A stretch of 64,000 bases of DNA, from positions 8,246,001 to 8,310,000 of the forward strand of contig OZ024750.1 of the NCBI GenBank assembly GCA_964016885.1. Direction: 5' to 3'. Below the pieces are notes generated by a model. That model did not search any database and was not told the origin of the DNA. It saw only the letters and a list, made by a program, of their open reading frames with translations. This DNA is from Eledone cirrhosa. Its lineage: Eukaryota. The position numbers were made by a program, and so were the translations under genes. Of the stretch, positions 26,549 to 40,009 are shown one piece after another; the first letter of the stretch is position 1, and each line of letters opens with the position of its first letter.

Positions 26549-27089
26549 ATATCAGTAATATAATGAATCTAACTCAAATGATTATATTTTCCTCCCCAAA
26601 ACAGTTTAGACCTCTAACCAGGCAAACAACAAATATTTATCACATCATGGTGTTAGTTTCTGTGTATTGATTTAATGGCTTAATGGAAAGAGACACAATT
26701 TGGTTTGAATGAGATACAAAATCAATAAAGAGATGGAATGATGTATTAAGAAAATATTTGATTAGTTGTGATACTTCAGTTGTCTTTAGTGCAGCATTGG
26801 AATAGTCACTCTACTGACAAATGATGATATTGCCCTACTAATTAGGATTTAGAGTATTTGGTGCTAGCGCCTAAGGTGACAAGAGGATATTATCAATCCA
26901 ACAAAGTTGTCTGAATGATAGTGGGGGGAAAAAACAGAGAAAGCTATGAATGAACAAAGAGAAAAAGGTAGACATATAATAAAGACAAAAGGCAAAAGGA
27001 ACAAGAAAAAATATAGGAAATAAAAAGACGGATTCCAAAAAGTTGATTAAACATCTTAAGTGATTTTGTAGCTACTTTTAATTAACAGT

Positions 27090-27450
27090 AATAATGGTTT
27101 CTGATTTAGGCACAAGGCCAGCAATTTTGGAGGAAGAGGAAGTTGATTAAATTGTAACTTATTTTATCAACCCCGTGAAGGATTTGAACTCAGAATGTAA
27201 AGGACCATAGTTTTATACCACAAAGCATGTTGTTTGATGCCTTTTAACTAATTATCATAACGGTTTCTGATTTAAGCAGATGACTAACAATTTTGTGGGA
27301 GAGGAAAGCCAATTAAATCGAGCCCAGTGCATTACTGGTACTTTATTTTACTAACCCTGTAAGGATGAAAGGCAAAGCTAACCTTGACAGGTTTTGAACT
27401 TAGAATGTAAAGAGCCATAATTATATATGACAAAGCATGTTATCTGATGT
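27090..27450 (-). mobile_element. Two adjacent diverged family A SINEs (long variant)
   Basis: taatggtttctgatttaggcacaaggccagc.. and ..gtaaggatgaaaggcaaagctaacc..ttgaact. Confidence 0.8.
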
Positions 27451-28884
27451 AAAGGCTTCCCTGCTGGATCAGTTTCAATAGTAGAATGGCATAAACAAGT
27501 ATTTGGTGACAACCAATGATTAGAGATACTGATGATTCATGATTCAAATAGATGTTGCTGTTTCATTGTAGGGCAGACCTAATTGGGCTTATTTATAATC
27601 AAAGGACATCTTAGCCATGATTTCTACTTTTGTTATATGTAGAACTACGTTATTTGATATGTCCTTTCTTTTTTTAAATGTTAGGCTGTGATTTGAGGGA
27701 GATTTGGCTGCTATTTCCAGCCTGTTGGATCAGTTCTAGTAGTAGTATGATATAAACATGATAATATTATTTGAATGACAACCAATGAGGTGGAGCACTG
27801 GATATTTACAATTAAGTTGTTCAGGCCTTGGTCAGGCTTAATTGAGCATATCTATGATGAAATTCATTCTAATAGTGTCCATGGCCTTTTAGTGTATATT
27901 GGACTACATTATTCAATGTCACCTTCCAACTTTCTATAATGGTAGGTGACCATTTGAAGACGATTTGGCTACTATTTCTAGCAGACTAATCAACTATATA
28001 GAGACTCCATTTCTCATTCAATGTCCATAAACAGAGTCCCCAAATATAATGAGAATGAAAATATTATGATCGTTAGAGCCTTAGAAAATAATGGTAAATA
28101 TAATGTTTAAAATTACTGCCGACATGGTTATAAGTTTGCATTATATAACTGTTGCATTGTATTTCTAAGGAAAAGCACGTTATTTTGTGTAGCTGGCTTG
28201 CAGCAAGTGTCACTGATTCTTCATAGTGAATGGTCGACAATAGTAAAAGCATTGAACAATATCTAAATTTGTAAAACCCAAATCAACTATGCTAACATAG
28301 AAAAATGAATGATAAAAAAACTGATGAAAAACAAAAGATACAGAAATACCGAGAGACTGAGATAGAGACAGTGGGAGATAGTGTTGTTGTTGAAGGAAAT
28401 GGTGTATCAGTGTTAATAGAATTTTCTGTTACTGAAAGAGTATTGTCAAACAGAAACATTCCTTTTAGCTATAGAAATAAATAGAAGCCAAAAATGTCTG
28501 ACGTGGGACTTGGGAAATGGATACAAAAATAAATGGATACAAAAATAAATAATATAAATAAAATTTTTTTTTAATGTTTAAATATTGATAGAAGATACAG
28601 TGTAAACTGGTTTAGAATGAAAGAAGACCCAAAATATTGTAGTAAAAAGTAACCAGTAAAAACAGTTTATCATACATATTGAAGCAAAAGACCAATTCTA
28701 AACAGTACTGGACATCCTTTACATACATATATTTACTGTATATGCTGGTATATAAACAGAGGAATTTGTGACAAAATTAAACATATCAAAATGAAGGTTG
28801 GCTTATATTCGAGGTCAATATTTTGCTGATTTTCACCAACTTCTTATTCTACGTAAATGAAATGCTGAAATATTTACGCTATCA

Positions 28885-29103
28885 ACAGTCGATCGACTTT
28901 TGTCACATCAGACCAAGGAAACAATGTTTCCATTGGTCATTTCAATTGCTTATACTATTTTATCAGTTGCAACTCCGGGTAGAAGGAGCAATGTGAAATA
29001 AAGTGTCTTGCTTAGGAACATAATGGATCGCCCGGTCCAGGAATCGAACTCACAACCTCACGATTGCGAATTAAATTCTCTAATCAGTTAGCCACGTGCC
29101 TTC
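28885..29103 (-). mobile_element. CORE-type SINE family B
   Basis: Colinear with 5179-5370 (gtcgatcgactt..ggagcaatgtgaaataaagtgtcttgct..atcgaact..agccacgtgcc). Confidence 0.8.
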
Positions 29104-29689
29104 ACCATTTACGCCATACAAGTACATATTATCCTGGTTTCACTTGGATGTGAATATTACACCAGTTTCACTGGTTTTCCTTATTGTTTTTTTTTTATGT
29201 GTTCTGATTGAATATGGCCTTCAAAATTGTCAGAAATTGGTAAACAATCATTATGTAAAAAAGCTAAACTTTCTAAATGACATTTAAAACATTTTGAATA
29301 TTAAAATATTAAAACTTCATAAATATATTCTTCACTCATGATAATTTCAAAACGATCTAAATGTAATGTTTTTATTAGCTGCCTTGGCTTATATATGGGG
29401 TTTGGATTTTTCCGATTTCTCAGATATAAAATTGGAGGTAGGCAATGGTCTGTCAAAGACTTGACAACCGCTCAATTGCTGTAAAAGGGTTGGCATTAAG
29501 AAAGTAATGCAGCCTTAGAAATGATGCCAAAATGAGAAATGTATGAAGCTATGGTTATGTGACTACTCTAGGTATGAGTCAGTGAGGACCTATCTAACCC
29601 ATAGCAGCATAGAAAGCAGATGTAAAATAATTTTGATGATAGGAATACTTACACAATATTATAAAGGAGAGGAATGACATAATTCTGTA

Positions 29690-29915
29690 TAATGGTTTCT
29701 TGTTTAGGCACAAGGCCAGCAATTTAAAAGGAAAGGGAGGAGAAGTCGATTAAATCGATCCCAGTACATTACTGGCGCTTTATTTATCAACCACCATAAG
29801 GATGAAATGTAAAGCTAACCATGGCGGGATTTGAACTCAGAACATAAAGACACATAACTATATGCCACAAAGCACGGTATCTGATGCTCTACCGATACTT
29901 CCAATCCACTTCCCT
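29690..29915 (-). mobile_element. SINE family A (long variant)
   Basis: taggcacaaggccagc..gtcgattaaatcgatcccagt..gggatttgaactcag..ctctaccgatact. Confidence 0.88.
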
Positions 29916-30438
29916 ACATGATTCTACATAATAAAATATACTTATTCTTTTTTCTTTTTTCAAAAGCGAAACTGTAATGCTTAATCTCATCGAGAGAGAG
30001 AGAGCATGTACAAGTAACAACTGACTAAGATTTGAACACCAGTGAATCTCATAAAACATCCCTATAGTTAACACTATAATTGGTTTCTAGTGAGATTGTG
30101 ATAATCTATCTAGATCTTATATATTAATCATCAAGTAATGTAAATTGATGAAAAATTATATAAAATACCAAAGAGCAAATTTATTAATGCTACATCATAT
30201 TTATGAGAATACATATTCTTATATTCTTATGTATATGTTCTAAGTATTATTTATATGTTAGTTCAAAGTATCTAAAATGTATATCATCCACCTGTCAGCT
30301 TTTTGTGGTTCCTGAAATTAAATGTTAAATACATACACATATGCAATCACATGCATACATATATACCCATGCAAATGTGCATGTGCATATGTGTGGGTGT
30401 TACTGTATATACATGTGTGTACATGCATATATGTTTGC

Positions 30439-30469
<31 letters not shown>

Positions 30470-31159
30470 CTAGTGTGGAAGATGGAATTTAAATAATGAT
30501 GATATATATGTATATATATATATATACATATATATATATGAATTTTTGTGTATATGTGTTGTTTGTATGTGCATATATGTATGTAAAAGTCAATGTGTGT
30601 GTGGTGTGTGTGGGTGTGTGTATGAATGTGTGGTGTGTATGAATGTGTGTGGTGTGTGTGTATCTGTATTCAGGTAAACCTACATATGTATACTTCCATG
30701 TCTAATATTGTTTTAGACTGTTGCAAGATATTAGAATTGATATTCCACTTATTGGCTTTACCATAATTCTTAGAGTACTTACATACTATCTTGCCATACG
30801 TGCACAAATTAAGCCCATGAATGATATGTTGATGGATTATCTCTCCTTAATCCATCAGCATGACAGCTAAATTTTAATTCAAAATGGCATATTCCCAGAC
30901 AGTAGCACATAAGTACACAATCTGGAATAGGTAAGGAGTGTAGTTTTGGTTGGTTTTAAAATCAGCAAAGATTTATCTTAGAGACTGTTCTTCATGGATA
31001 TTTGTGTACCAATCTTGTGTTTGATTGAGTTTTAGTTGTTTGCTTATTCCAGCTCTGTGTGAGACATAGAGAGAGAGAGGGGTGGGATAATAACTTTGGA
31101 AGTGGTATATAAGTGAGAGAGAGTAAGAGAATGATGGTAGGGAAATAGTAGGAGGATGG

Positions 31160-31362
31160 CATGAGAAACTTTGGCAGTGGTATAAGAGAGGGAGAGTGAG
31201 AGAGAGGAAAGTTAGAGAATGATGGAGGGAAAGAGAGAGAGAGAATGACATGAGAAACTTTGGCAGTGGTATAAGAGAGGGAGAGTGAGAGAGAGGAAAG
31301 TTAGAGAATGATGGAGGGAAAGAGAGAGAGAGAATGACATGAGAAACTTTGACAGTGGTATA
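31160..31362. repeat. ~89-bp purine-rich tandem repeat (2.3 copies)
   Basis: catgagaaactttggcagtggtata recurs at ~31160, 31249, 31338. Confidence 0.85.
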
Positions 31363-31524
31363 GCTGGGCTAATACATTGTTCAACCAATCACATCATATC
31401 CAAATGACAGAGATGTATAATTGCCACAATCATCATCATCATCATGGTCACCATCACCACCATCATGCCAACATATATACCATGTTATACCATGGCACAC
31501 CAACAAACATTCCAAGACAAACTA

Positions 31525-32110
31525 AGCAGAATAGAGTTACAGCCCTTTACATTCCACATTCAAATCTTGATAGGGTTAGCTTTGACTTTCATTCTTACGG
31601 AGTCAATAAAATAAAGTATCAGTAATGCACTGGGGTCAATTTAATCAACTTTCCCCCTCAAAAAAATTGCTGGCCTTGGACCTATATAAGAAATCATTAA
31701 ATTGGCAGTATCGGTAGAGGGTTGGACGCCATGCTTTCTAGCATAGTTACGTCCCTTTACAGTCTGAGTTCAAATCCCGCCGAGGTTAACTTTGCCTTTC
31801 ATCCTTATGGAGTCGATAAAATAAAGTACCAGTAATGTGCTGGGTAATTGCTGGCTTTGTGCCAAAAGTAGAAACAATTATTATTTCAACTTCTAGGCAG
31901 GGTTGTGGATTGGCAGTATCGGTTGAGAGTCGGACGCCATGCTTTGCAGCACAGAGTTACGGCCCTTTGCGGTCTGAGTTCAAATCCCGCCGAGGTTAAC
32001 TTTGCCTTTCATCCTTACGGGGTCGATAAAATAAAGTACCAGTCACGCACTGGGGTTGATTTAATCGACTTTCCCCTCTCCGAAAATTGTGCCTATATAA
32101 GAAACCATTA
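31525..32110 (+). mobile_element. Cluster of three head-to-tail family A SINEs
   Basis: Copies at ~31525-31698, 31700-31880, 31896-32110; the third is flanked by the direct repeat attatttcaacttctaggc. Confidence 0.9.
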
Positions 32111-33234
32111 TTTCAACTTCTAGGCTTTGTCTATTTAACTGCAAATAAAAAGACTAGGAAAGAACCTATAGAGTGGTAAAGAATGTATATATACAAATAA
32201 GTGGAGTGGGAGGTGGAATAGTTTGCAATTTCATGATTCAGTTCTGCTAAGTCAGTTATAACTCTGACAGTAAATTACAAGCTATTTGGAAATCTTACAT
32301 TTCATGATGCAACTCAGGTAAAGCTCAAATCAGTCTCTGACTGTAGATTAATATGTAATTAGATTTGCAGTTCTATGATTAAATTTTCATAAAATTGCCC
32401 TAACTCTTTGTCAGAAAATTACCCATTTTCTAATCCTATGATTAGCCTCTGCCAAAATTGTCTGCAAACTTTAATTTGCCTGAAGTTGGGAAGAGAGGAA
32501 GTCCAGAATTTAAACAACTCATAAGAGAAGTTCACTAATGATGCTATAATACCTGGGAAATGATGCAACACAGAATATTTATAGTTTGTTTTTTTTTGTA
32601 TATATATCAACAAGCATAATATGATTTTATGAGTATTTACCTCTGAATAAATTACCATTATTTTACAGTCATTGCACTTCCTGGTACAAAACATTTTAAT
32701 GTTTCTAGTTAAATAGCCTTACTATAGTAAGTAAAACATTTTCTCTTGAGGAAACCATAGTTTAATGTGGTTTCAGGAATAAATTCTTAATTTTAGAGAC
32801 TATGGTAGGTTAGTCATTACATTTTATAGTTCACGATTCAAATTAAGTTGTTGTACAATTCTAAAAAAGGGGTCCAAGACGAAAATATTGTATTATTTTT
32901 AAATATTTGATAAGCAGTGAATTGTTCATGAATATGTTATATAATAATCTACAGGCCACCTGCCTACTCACCACCATTGGCACGGAGTTGGCTACCTGCA
33001 GGTGTGAGCCTTGCAAGCTGGAATGGCGCTTCCAGCACGTCTCCTTCACTATCCTCTGAGGAAATGTCTTCTCTATTCTGTCTGTTGGGGCTGCAGAGTG
33101 GCCTGCCTGTTAGCCCACATTTGTTTATTATAGTGAAAGATGAAGAGAACAGGAGAGACCGAGGCAGTGGCAGTGGGAGTTTGGTTCCATTGTGTTCGAA
33201 CCTGTTGTATATATTTATTTACCACACCACGTAT

Positions 33235-33525
33235 TCATCATCATCATTTTACATCCACTTTTCCCTGCTTCCAAGGGTGGGACGGGTCCTTTTCAGCACA
33301 GCATCTCTCCACTTGTCACGGTCCTTTGCCATCTCCTCCGTGAGCTTCAGCAATATGAGGTCTGCTCTCACCATCTCTGCCCATGTTTTTCGTGGTCTTC
33401 CTCTACTGCATCTTCCTTCTACTGGGATTTCTTGGCACTTCTTTACTCAGCAGTCATCCTCCATGTGCATCACATGTCCATACCATTACAGTCTTCTCTC
33501 CCGCACACTACAACTTATCTCTCTT
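33235..33525 (-). mobile_element. RTE-clade LINE 3' end
   Basis: Minus strand RERRL*WYGHVMHMEDD..VEGRCSRGRPRKTWAEMVRADL..EEMAKDRDKWR, then (gat)n tail. Confidence 0.9.
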
Positions 33526-34219
33526 AAACACATTTTCTCTCTCAACATATTCATGCATATCTTTACATACATAAATATACATGTTTATACATCTACAGAC
33601 ATATATACAGACATATATACATACATATATATATACATGTGTATACATCTACAGACATATATACATATACATGTGTATACATCTACAGACATAGAAACTG
33701 CAAATAAAAACAAGATTATTTTCCACCCAAAAATATCAAATGTTAATTTTATTGATTATTTGAAAGAATGTTTTTTAGATGCTTCGAAAAAGGTCATAAA
33801 GGATTATTGAATTGCCGAAAAGGGTCACTGAGATAATAGATGTTAAATTCATTTATTTAATCATTTTTTTATTTATTTCATATTTATTTCCACTCTAACA
33901 GAGAAAGTATTTTATGAATGAATGAATTTAAATGGCAATTTCAAGAGGCAATATGTACTTTGTTTACTCTTATAAGGCAGCCCAGTTTTTATGATGCATT
34001 AAAAATATGTTTCCCATGAGAAATCATCAGTGATGTTGTGGCATAGCATTTGTAACTTTTATAATTCCCTTGCAGTCATGAAAAAACTTGTTTCATTTGT
34101 ATGAATTTTGTTGAATAAACTTTTAATAATATTGAATATTTTCTTTGGATTTCATATTCTTTTGTAAGATACTCCAATTTATCTAACACACACATATCTT
34201 CCTTTTAATATCTTAACAG

Positions 34220-34505
34220 GTATCCAGACTATTGGGTATAACACATGAAAAGATCATTCTACTTGATCACAAGAGCAAGACTTTGGTAAAGTCAGAATAC
34301 ATCGGTGATTTGCAAGAATGGTACACTGGAGAAGATCGAGCCCATGGTGGACTAGTACTGGAGTTTCGTGGTGCTAAACCATGGATACTGACAACACCTT
34401 CGGTTGAAAATCTGAAGTATGTAGCTGCAGCTCTTTGGGAAGCCATGGATATTGAAGGTCGTTTCCTTACATCTAGTGGTTTACGAAGAAACAGTTTAGA
34501 TTTTG
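34220..34505 (+). CDS. Internal coding exon, talin F3/PTB(PH)-like segment of a PLC-epsilon-like RasGEF gene
   Basis: Acceptor ttaacag|, donor g|gtaagt; reads VSRLLGITHEKIILLDHKSKTLVKSEYIGDLQEWYTG..LKYVAAALWEAMDIEGRFLTSSGLRRNSLDF; the phase-1 end joins 42369 in frame (g+at=Asp). Confidence 0.85.
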
Positions 34506-34904
34506 GTAAGTTTCTTTATTGCTCTTCTTGAGAATAAAACCAAATAACTTCTTGTCAACACGTAAAGATCAAATATTTCCTCTCTCGTTCAAAAGAGTCA
34601 TATTATATTTTTTTTTATTAGTTTTTACTGGATGCGTGATATTTATTTTTCGCAGTACTCCAATTCATAAGAACAAAATATATGATAAGTTTAATAAATA
34701 TTTCTTTAATATCACTATGAAGATATAACCTATGGGTAGACCACACAGGCTTTAGTACCTCATAATGAGAACCTTCAATTAATTTCACCTTTCTTAACCC
34801 TATTATACCTGGAGATAATGGTAACTATGTGGCAACAATTTTTTTTTTATTTTTCCAAAGTTCTTAACATTACATTGCTGTTCTTTCATTATTAGCAAAC
34901 ATGT

Positions 34905-35065
34905 TAGGCCCTTTATGTTCTGAGTTCAAATCCTGCCAAGGTTAGCTTTGCCTTTCATCCTTATGGGGTCAATAAAATAAAATACCAGTAACACACTGAG
35001 GCTGATTTAATTGACTTTCCTCTCCCCAAACGTTGCTGGCTTTATGCCTAAATCTTTAATCATTA
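34905..35065 (+). mobile_element. SINE family A, 5'-truncated
   Basis: ctgagttcaaatcctgcc..tttgcctttcatccttatggggtcaataaaataa. Confidence 0.85.
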
Positions 35066-36198
35066 TTAGCAAACATGACAAAGAGAAGGTGCATGACACA
35101 CCTATGTGCAGTACTTATATGACCTTGGGCTAAACATGAACAACCTAATCATGAAGATATGAAACTCACCTTTTTTCTAGTAGTTTATCCATTCAATTAT
35201 TTTATTTCAATTACATCACTGTAATTCAAAACCTTTCATTAAGAAATGATAAAATGAAAACATATATTTATTAATTTAATTAAGACAAAAAACTAATAAT
35301 TATTTAATTAGGTTTTGTTTTGTTGTATTCTTTTTTTTTGTCATGAGTGTTTGGCACCAAACTTTCTTCCTCTATTGATTTATAGTTTCAATGTTCAACG
35401 GGTTTTACAATTTGTAGGTGTAAATTAAATGATATATTTCTAATATTGATTTGTTCCTTCTGTTAGGTCCACTTTGTTCAGTTTGTCCTTTACTACACAC
35501 ACACACACACATACACACACACACACACAAGAAGCTTGGGAGACAAGTTAGAAATTTATATAGAATGTCTAGCTATATTTGTTCAAGCTCTTTCAGTTCA
35601 ACTCATACCACAGTCAGTTTTGCCTTTCATCTTTCTAGAGCTGATGCATAATAAAGTACTAGTCAAGTACTAATGTTGACTCTTTTCGCTCTTATCCCTC
35701 CTCTCTCTCCCTCCACTCCCCCCTCTCATCGTCCACTCCCCCCTCTCCATCCCACTCCCCCTACACCCCCATCCACCCCACCCCTCCCATTCTGCTCCCT
35801 TCCTCCACTCCCCCTCTCCCTTCCTCCACTCCCCCTCTCACTCCTTCTCTCACTCCATCTCTCTCCCCTCTCTCACTCCCTCTCTCTCCCCTCACTCACT
35901 CCCTCTCTCTCCCCTATCTCACTCCCTCTCTCTCCCCTCTCTCTTTCTGTTTCATGGAATCACTACATTGCACATGAGAAGGAACATTGGCGATCACTTC
36001 TAAAAACTCAGAAGGATTGCATAAGGAATTAACAATCTCCTCTGATGCAAAAGCTGACATGTTACTGAAACAACCTGATGATAGGTCAATGTCTAGCTCA
36101 GCATGACAGATATGGAAATATCAGAGATTTGTGAGGCAAGATGATTTAGTGTACATGTTCTGGACCTTAGTGTTCTACATTAAATTTATATACCTTGG

Positions 36199-36385
36199 GC
36201 GGTGGATTGGCAGTATTGGTAGAGGGTCGGACGCCATGCTTTCCAGCATAGTTATGTCCCTTTAAAATCTGAGTTCAAATCCCGCCGAGGTTGACTTTGC
36301 CTTTCATCCTTACGGGGTCGATAAAATAAAGTACCAGTAATGCACTGACTGGGTAATTGGTGGCCTTGTGCTTAAAGTAGAAACA
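36199..36385 (+). mobile_element. SINE family A (short variant), full length
   Basis: Consensus-like; flanking direct repeat attaaatttatataccttgg. Confidence 0.93.
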
Positions 36386-36494
36386 ATTAAATTTATATAC
36401 CTTGGTTAGCATGAACTGGCAGCGTTAAACCCAACAAAGCTACATAGTTACAGCTTTATATATATAAGTGTTTGTGTAGGTGTGTTACAACAAA

Positions 36495-36675
36495 AGGCAC
36501 CCAGTACACATTGTAAATGTAGTTGGTGTTATGAAGGGCAACCAACTGTAGAAACCAAGCCAGAATCAGTTCTGTATAAACAAAACATGGTTACCTGACT
36601 TGGCCTATCTCACAATGGGACAACTTGTCTAACCCATGCTAATGTGGAAAATGGACATTAAACAGTGATGATGAT
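36495..36675 (+). mobile_element. SINE family C 3' part (RTE-like tail)
   Basis: gttggtgttatgaagggca..tgtagaaacc..aacccatgct..ggaaaatggacattaaacagtgatgatga. Confidence 0.7.
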
Positions 36676-37343
36676 ATATATATATATTATTTCTTATTGG
36701 CTAATTAGTAGGTTCTGTCTCAGCTTGTCTGTCGCATAATCTCAAACTGTTTAGCTATAGTAGATTATTTGCTTATTGTTCATTTTTGGATTGGTTCATT
36801 AGTCATTATATGAATACCTCTTGATTACAGCATTCATATCCTGTTTTGTTAAAGTTGTTCTATAGACATAAATAGTTATAAATGAAATGACAATTTATGT
36901 CGATACAGAAACAAATAAACAACTTGTGCAGAACACAACACAGCTTAGAAAAGTAAGATGTATTATGGAATGGACAAGCTGAGACAGAACAACTGCTGTA
37001 TTGAGCAAAAGGAAATAATATAAAGATAAACAATTTCAGAAAAAATAACTTCAGGATATGAAAAACAATATGCAAATAAACAACAGAGAAGCTGACCAAA
37101 GAATAAATAGAACTAAATATAAAATAAACAGCCTTAAAAATATCTAAAAAGAATATGTTAAGTTAATTTAAATTTACCACGTTTCCCCTCAATCTTTCAA
37201 ATCAGAAATGAACTAAAAACCATATTAACTCTTTGCCTGTGTATACCTATGTTTAGCTCCCACTCACAAACTTTATTCCTCCTTTCAACCAAGGGTAAAC
37301 TTAATTTAGTAAATATAACATGAATTTCATGAACTCTGTTTAT

Positions 37344-37392
37344 TTTGTACTGATGAAGCTAAATAAAGCAGAGACAGCAAGCTGTATGTGAA
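37344..37392 (+). ncRNA. Degenerate hammerhead ribozyme (probably inactive)
   Basis: CTGATGA-a-gct-aaataa-agc-a-GAG-acagc-aa-gctgt-A; GAAA mutated to GAGA and stem I weak. Confidence 0.55.
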
Positions 37393-37887
37393 TATTAAAG
37401 AAATATATAAATATAACAGTTTCCAATCTAGCACCTTTCCCTTTACATTACATTTACAGTTTCCAATCTAGCACCTTTCCTTTTACATTACATTTTTTTT
37501 CTGAATTCATTGCTAACTCTAAACTTTTGCATGGCAGTTTTATACATATTGTGGCCCATTCTAGCCAGTTAGCTTTCTCTTTGAAACTTTCTCGGCACTC
37601 AATGGACTACACAGATCCTAGGCCTGGGTATATGCCATTTCTAGGGCAACACACGCAAAGTAGAATTGTTTGTTCTTAACTAGGAAAATGTTTTATAATT
37701 GTCTCAGTAGAAATTTAGATTCTGTTATTATTCCACGTCATTTTTACAACCCATATATATTTTTCATTTGTTTCTTTCTTTGATGGACAAAGGGAACAGA
37801 ACTCATTACATTTGCAGGCTCTGTAAGATCGATGTCTCTTCTCCAAACTCATTTTATTTTATATTAATAGCTAACTTTATGTTGATA

Positions 37888-37965
37888 CAGGGCATCCATA
37901 ACATCCTTGTGCAATTCAAATAGTTGTAGCATTTTAAATTGCATGCAGACTTTATGGACACCCTG
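37888..37965. mobile_element. Tc1/mariner-type mini MITE (78 bp)
   Basis: ta|cagggcatccataa ... ttatggacaccctg|ta: TIRs with TA TSD. Confidence 0.8.
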
Positions 37966-38152
37966 TATCTTTAATGTATGGAGTATAAAAATCTAACTAG
38001 AAATAATTATGCAATGCTGAAAACGTAATACTAGTCATTGATCAATTATATTTTAGATATATTCACAAGTATAGGAGACATCTTTGGACAGGTTTCGCTA
38101 TTATCCGACCACATCTCTGAGATCACCTCTAAGTAAATGTACAGTATTGTAA

Positions 38153-38365
38153 TCTTCTTCTCCTTTGTCCACTTATTCCTGAGAGGGTTCTACAGGGGGA
38201 AGAGTCCTCAAACACTCCTTCCAACCAGTCCTGTCAGAAGCAACCATCTCCAACTGATTCTACTAGATCCCCAAGCATGACCAGCCAAGCTCATGGATAT
38301 TATCCAAACATCTTGCCCGGGGTCGGCCCCAGGCCCTCCTACTGGTTGGTTTTAGCCCATAAAAT
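38153..38365 (-). mobile_element. RTE (Rex3/Expander-like) LINE 3' fragment
   Basis: Minus strand ..RRAWGRPRARCLDNIHELGWSCLGI**NQLEMVASDRTGWKECLRTLP. Confidence 0.8.
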
Positions 38366-38967
38366 CTGCCCAGCGATATTTTCCTGAGACATATTGTAAA
38401 CTTTTTGGTGTAAAAGTATAGAAATGTTAGAGAATAACTTGCATTTAGATACCATTGGTATGAAACACTGATAGTTAAACTAGTATCAACATTTTAATGT
38501 AATTTCAAAAAGCTTTGTCCAAAGGAAATGAAAAACAACATTAGTCATAGCCTAATAGAGTTTTAGCTCTATAGAAGATCACCTGTAATTTGTGATTTGG
38601 AATACATTTGGCAACTCAGGTGCACCTTTATTATTGGCTTCCTAAAATTATTTATTCATATATAATGTGCTTGCAGCAGTTCATAATTATTTGATCATTA
38701 TTACTTGATAGCAACAGGGGTAGGTTTGGGGGAGGGGGGGGGGGGGGGGGCAGAAACAAGAATTGGTAAAGCTCTTTACAGAATACCTTGTGGTGTTTAA
38801 TCAACTGTACTGTACTCTCATCTCCTCTCATATTTTATAGTTTGGTAGTTTGTGTCTATGTTATAAATCATTACCATGCCATGCTGATGTTGTGAGGAGA
38901 GGAGAATGCTTCAAGCTGCTTATCCTGCACAGCTAATTGCATTGAAGCAGAATGAGAACACAAAAGG

Positions 38968-39113
38968 GATGATGATGATGATGATGGGGATGGTGATGAT
39001 GATGATGGTGGTGATGATGATGGTGGTGATGATGGTGGTGATGATGATGATGATGATGATGGTGGTGGTGATGATGATGTCGGTGGTGATGATGATGTTG
39101 GTGGTGATGATGG

Positions 39114-39147
<34 letters not shown>

Positions 39148-39945
39148 GGTGGTAATGATGATGATGATGGTGGTGATGATGGTGGTGATGATGATGTCGG
39201 TGGTGATGATGATGGTGGTGGTGGTGGTGATGATAATGATGATGATGGTGGTGGTGGTGATGATGGTGGTGGTGATGATGGTGATGGTGATGGTGGTGAT
39301 GATGATGGTGATGGTGTGGGTGGTGTGAGTGGTAGCCAGGGGAATGATGATGATGGTGATGGAGGTAGATGGAGTGGTAGGATGAGAAGGGTGGCAAGGA
39401 TACAGAAGAAGGAAGATCCCACAAAGGAAATGATGGTGATGATTATGGAGGTGGAGGGAGTGGGGGTGAGAGTGGTAGCAAGGGTACAGAAAAGGGGGAC
39501 CCCAATAGGAATAATCATGTTCTTAATCCTAATCATCAGATAATGTAATGCTGTCACTGATGATGTCTATGATGGTGATGGTGATGATGATGTCTGTGAT
39601 GGTGATGGTGATGATGTCTGTGATCGTGATGATGTCTGTGATGGTGATAATGATGATGATGATGATGTCCATGATGATGATGATGTCTGTGATGGTGATG
39701 ATGGTGATGTCCATGATGGTGATGATGATGATGAGTGATGGTGATGATGATGATGATGTCTGTGATGGTGATGATGTCTGTGATGGTGATGATGATGTCT
39801 GTGATGGTGATGATGATGTCCATGGTGATGATGGTGATGATGACTGTGATGGTGATGGTGATGATGTCTGTGATGGTGATGATGTATGTGATGGTGATGA
39901 TGATGTCCATGGTGATGATGATGTCCATGATGGTGATGGTGATGA
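38968..39945. repeat. (GAT/GGT)n compound trinucleotide tracts
   Basis: Direct reading; yields poly-H/poly-M/poly-D pseudo-ORFs. Confidence 0.95.
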
Positions 39946-40009
39946 CTGTGGTTGCAGTTATGAATACAATAAAAATGACAATAGGAACAATGACGGCGAT
40001 GACATAATT

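Noticed and set aside
32977-33810. 277-aa plus-strand ORF
   Set aside because: Runs antisense through an RTE fragment and a microsatellite; composite, not a gene.
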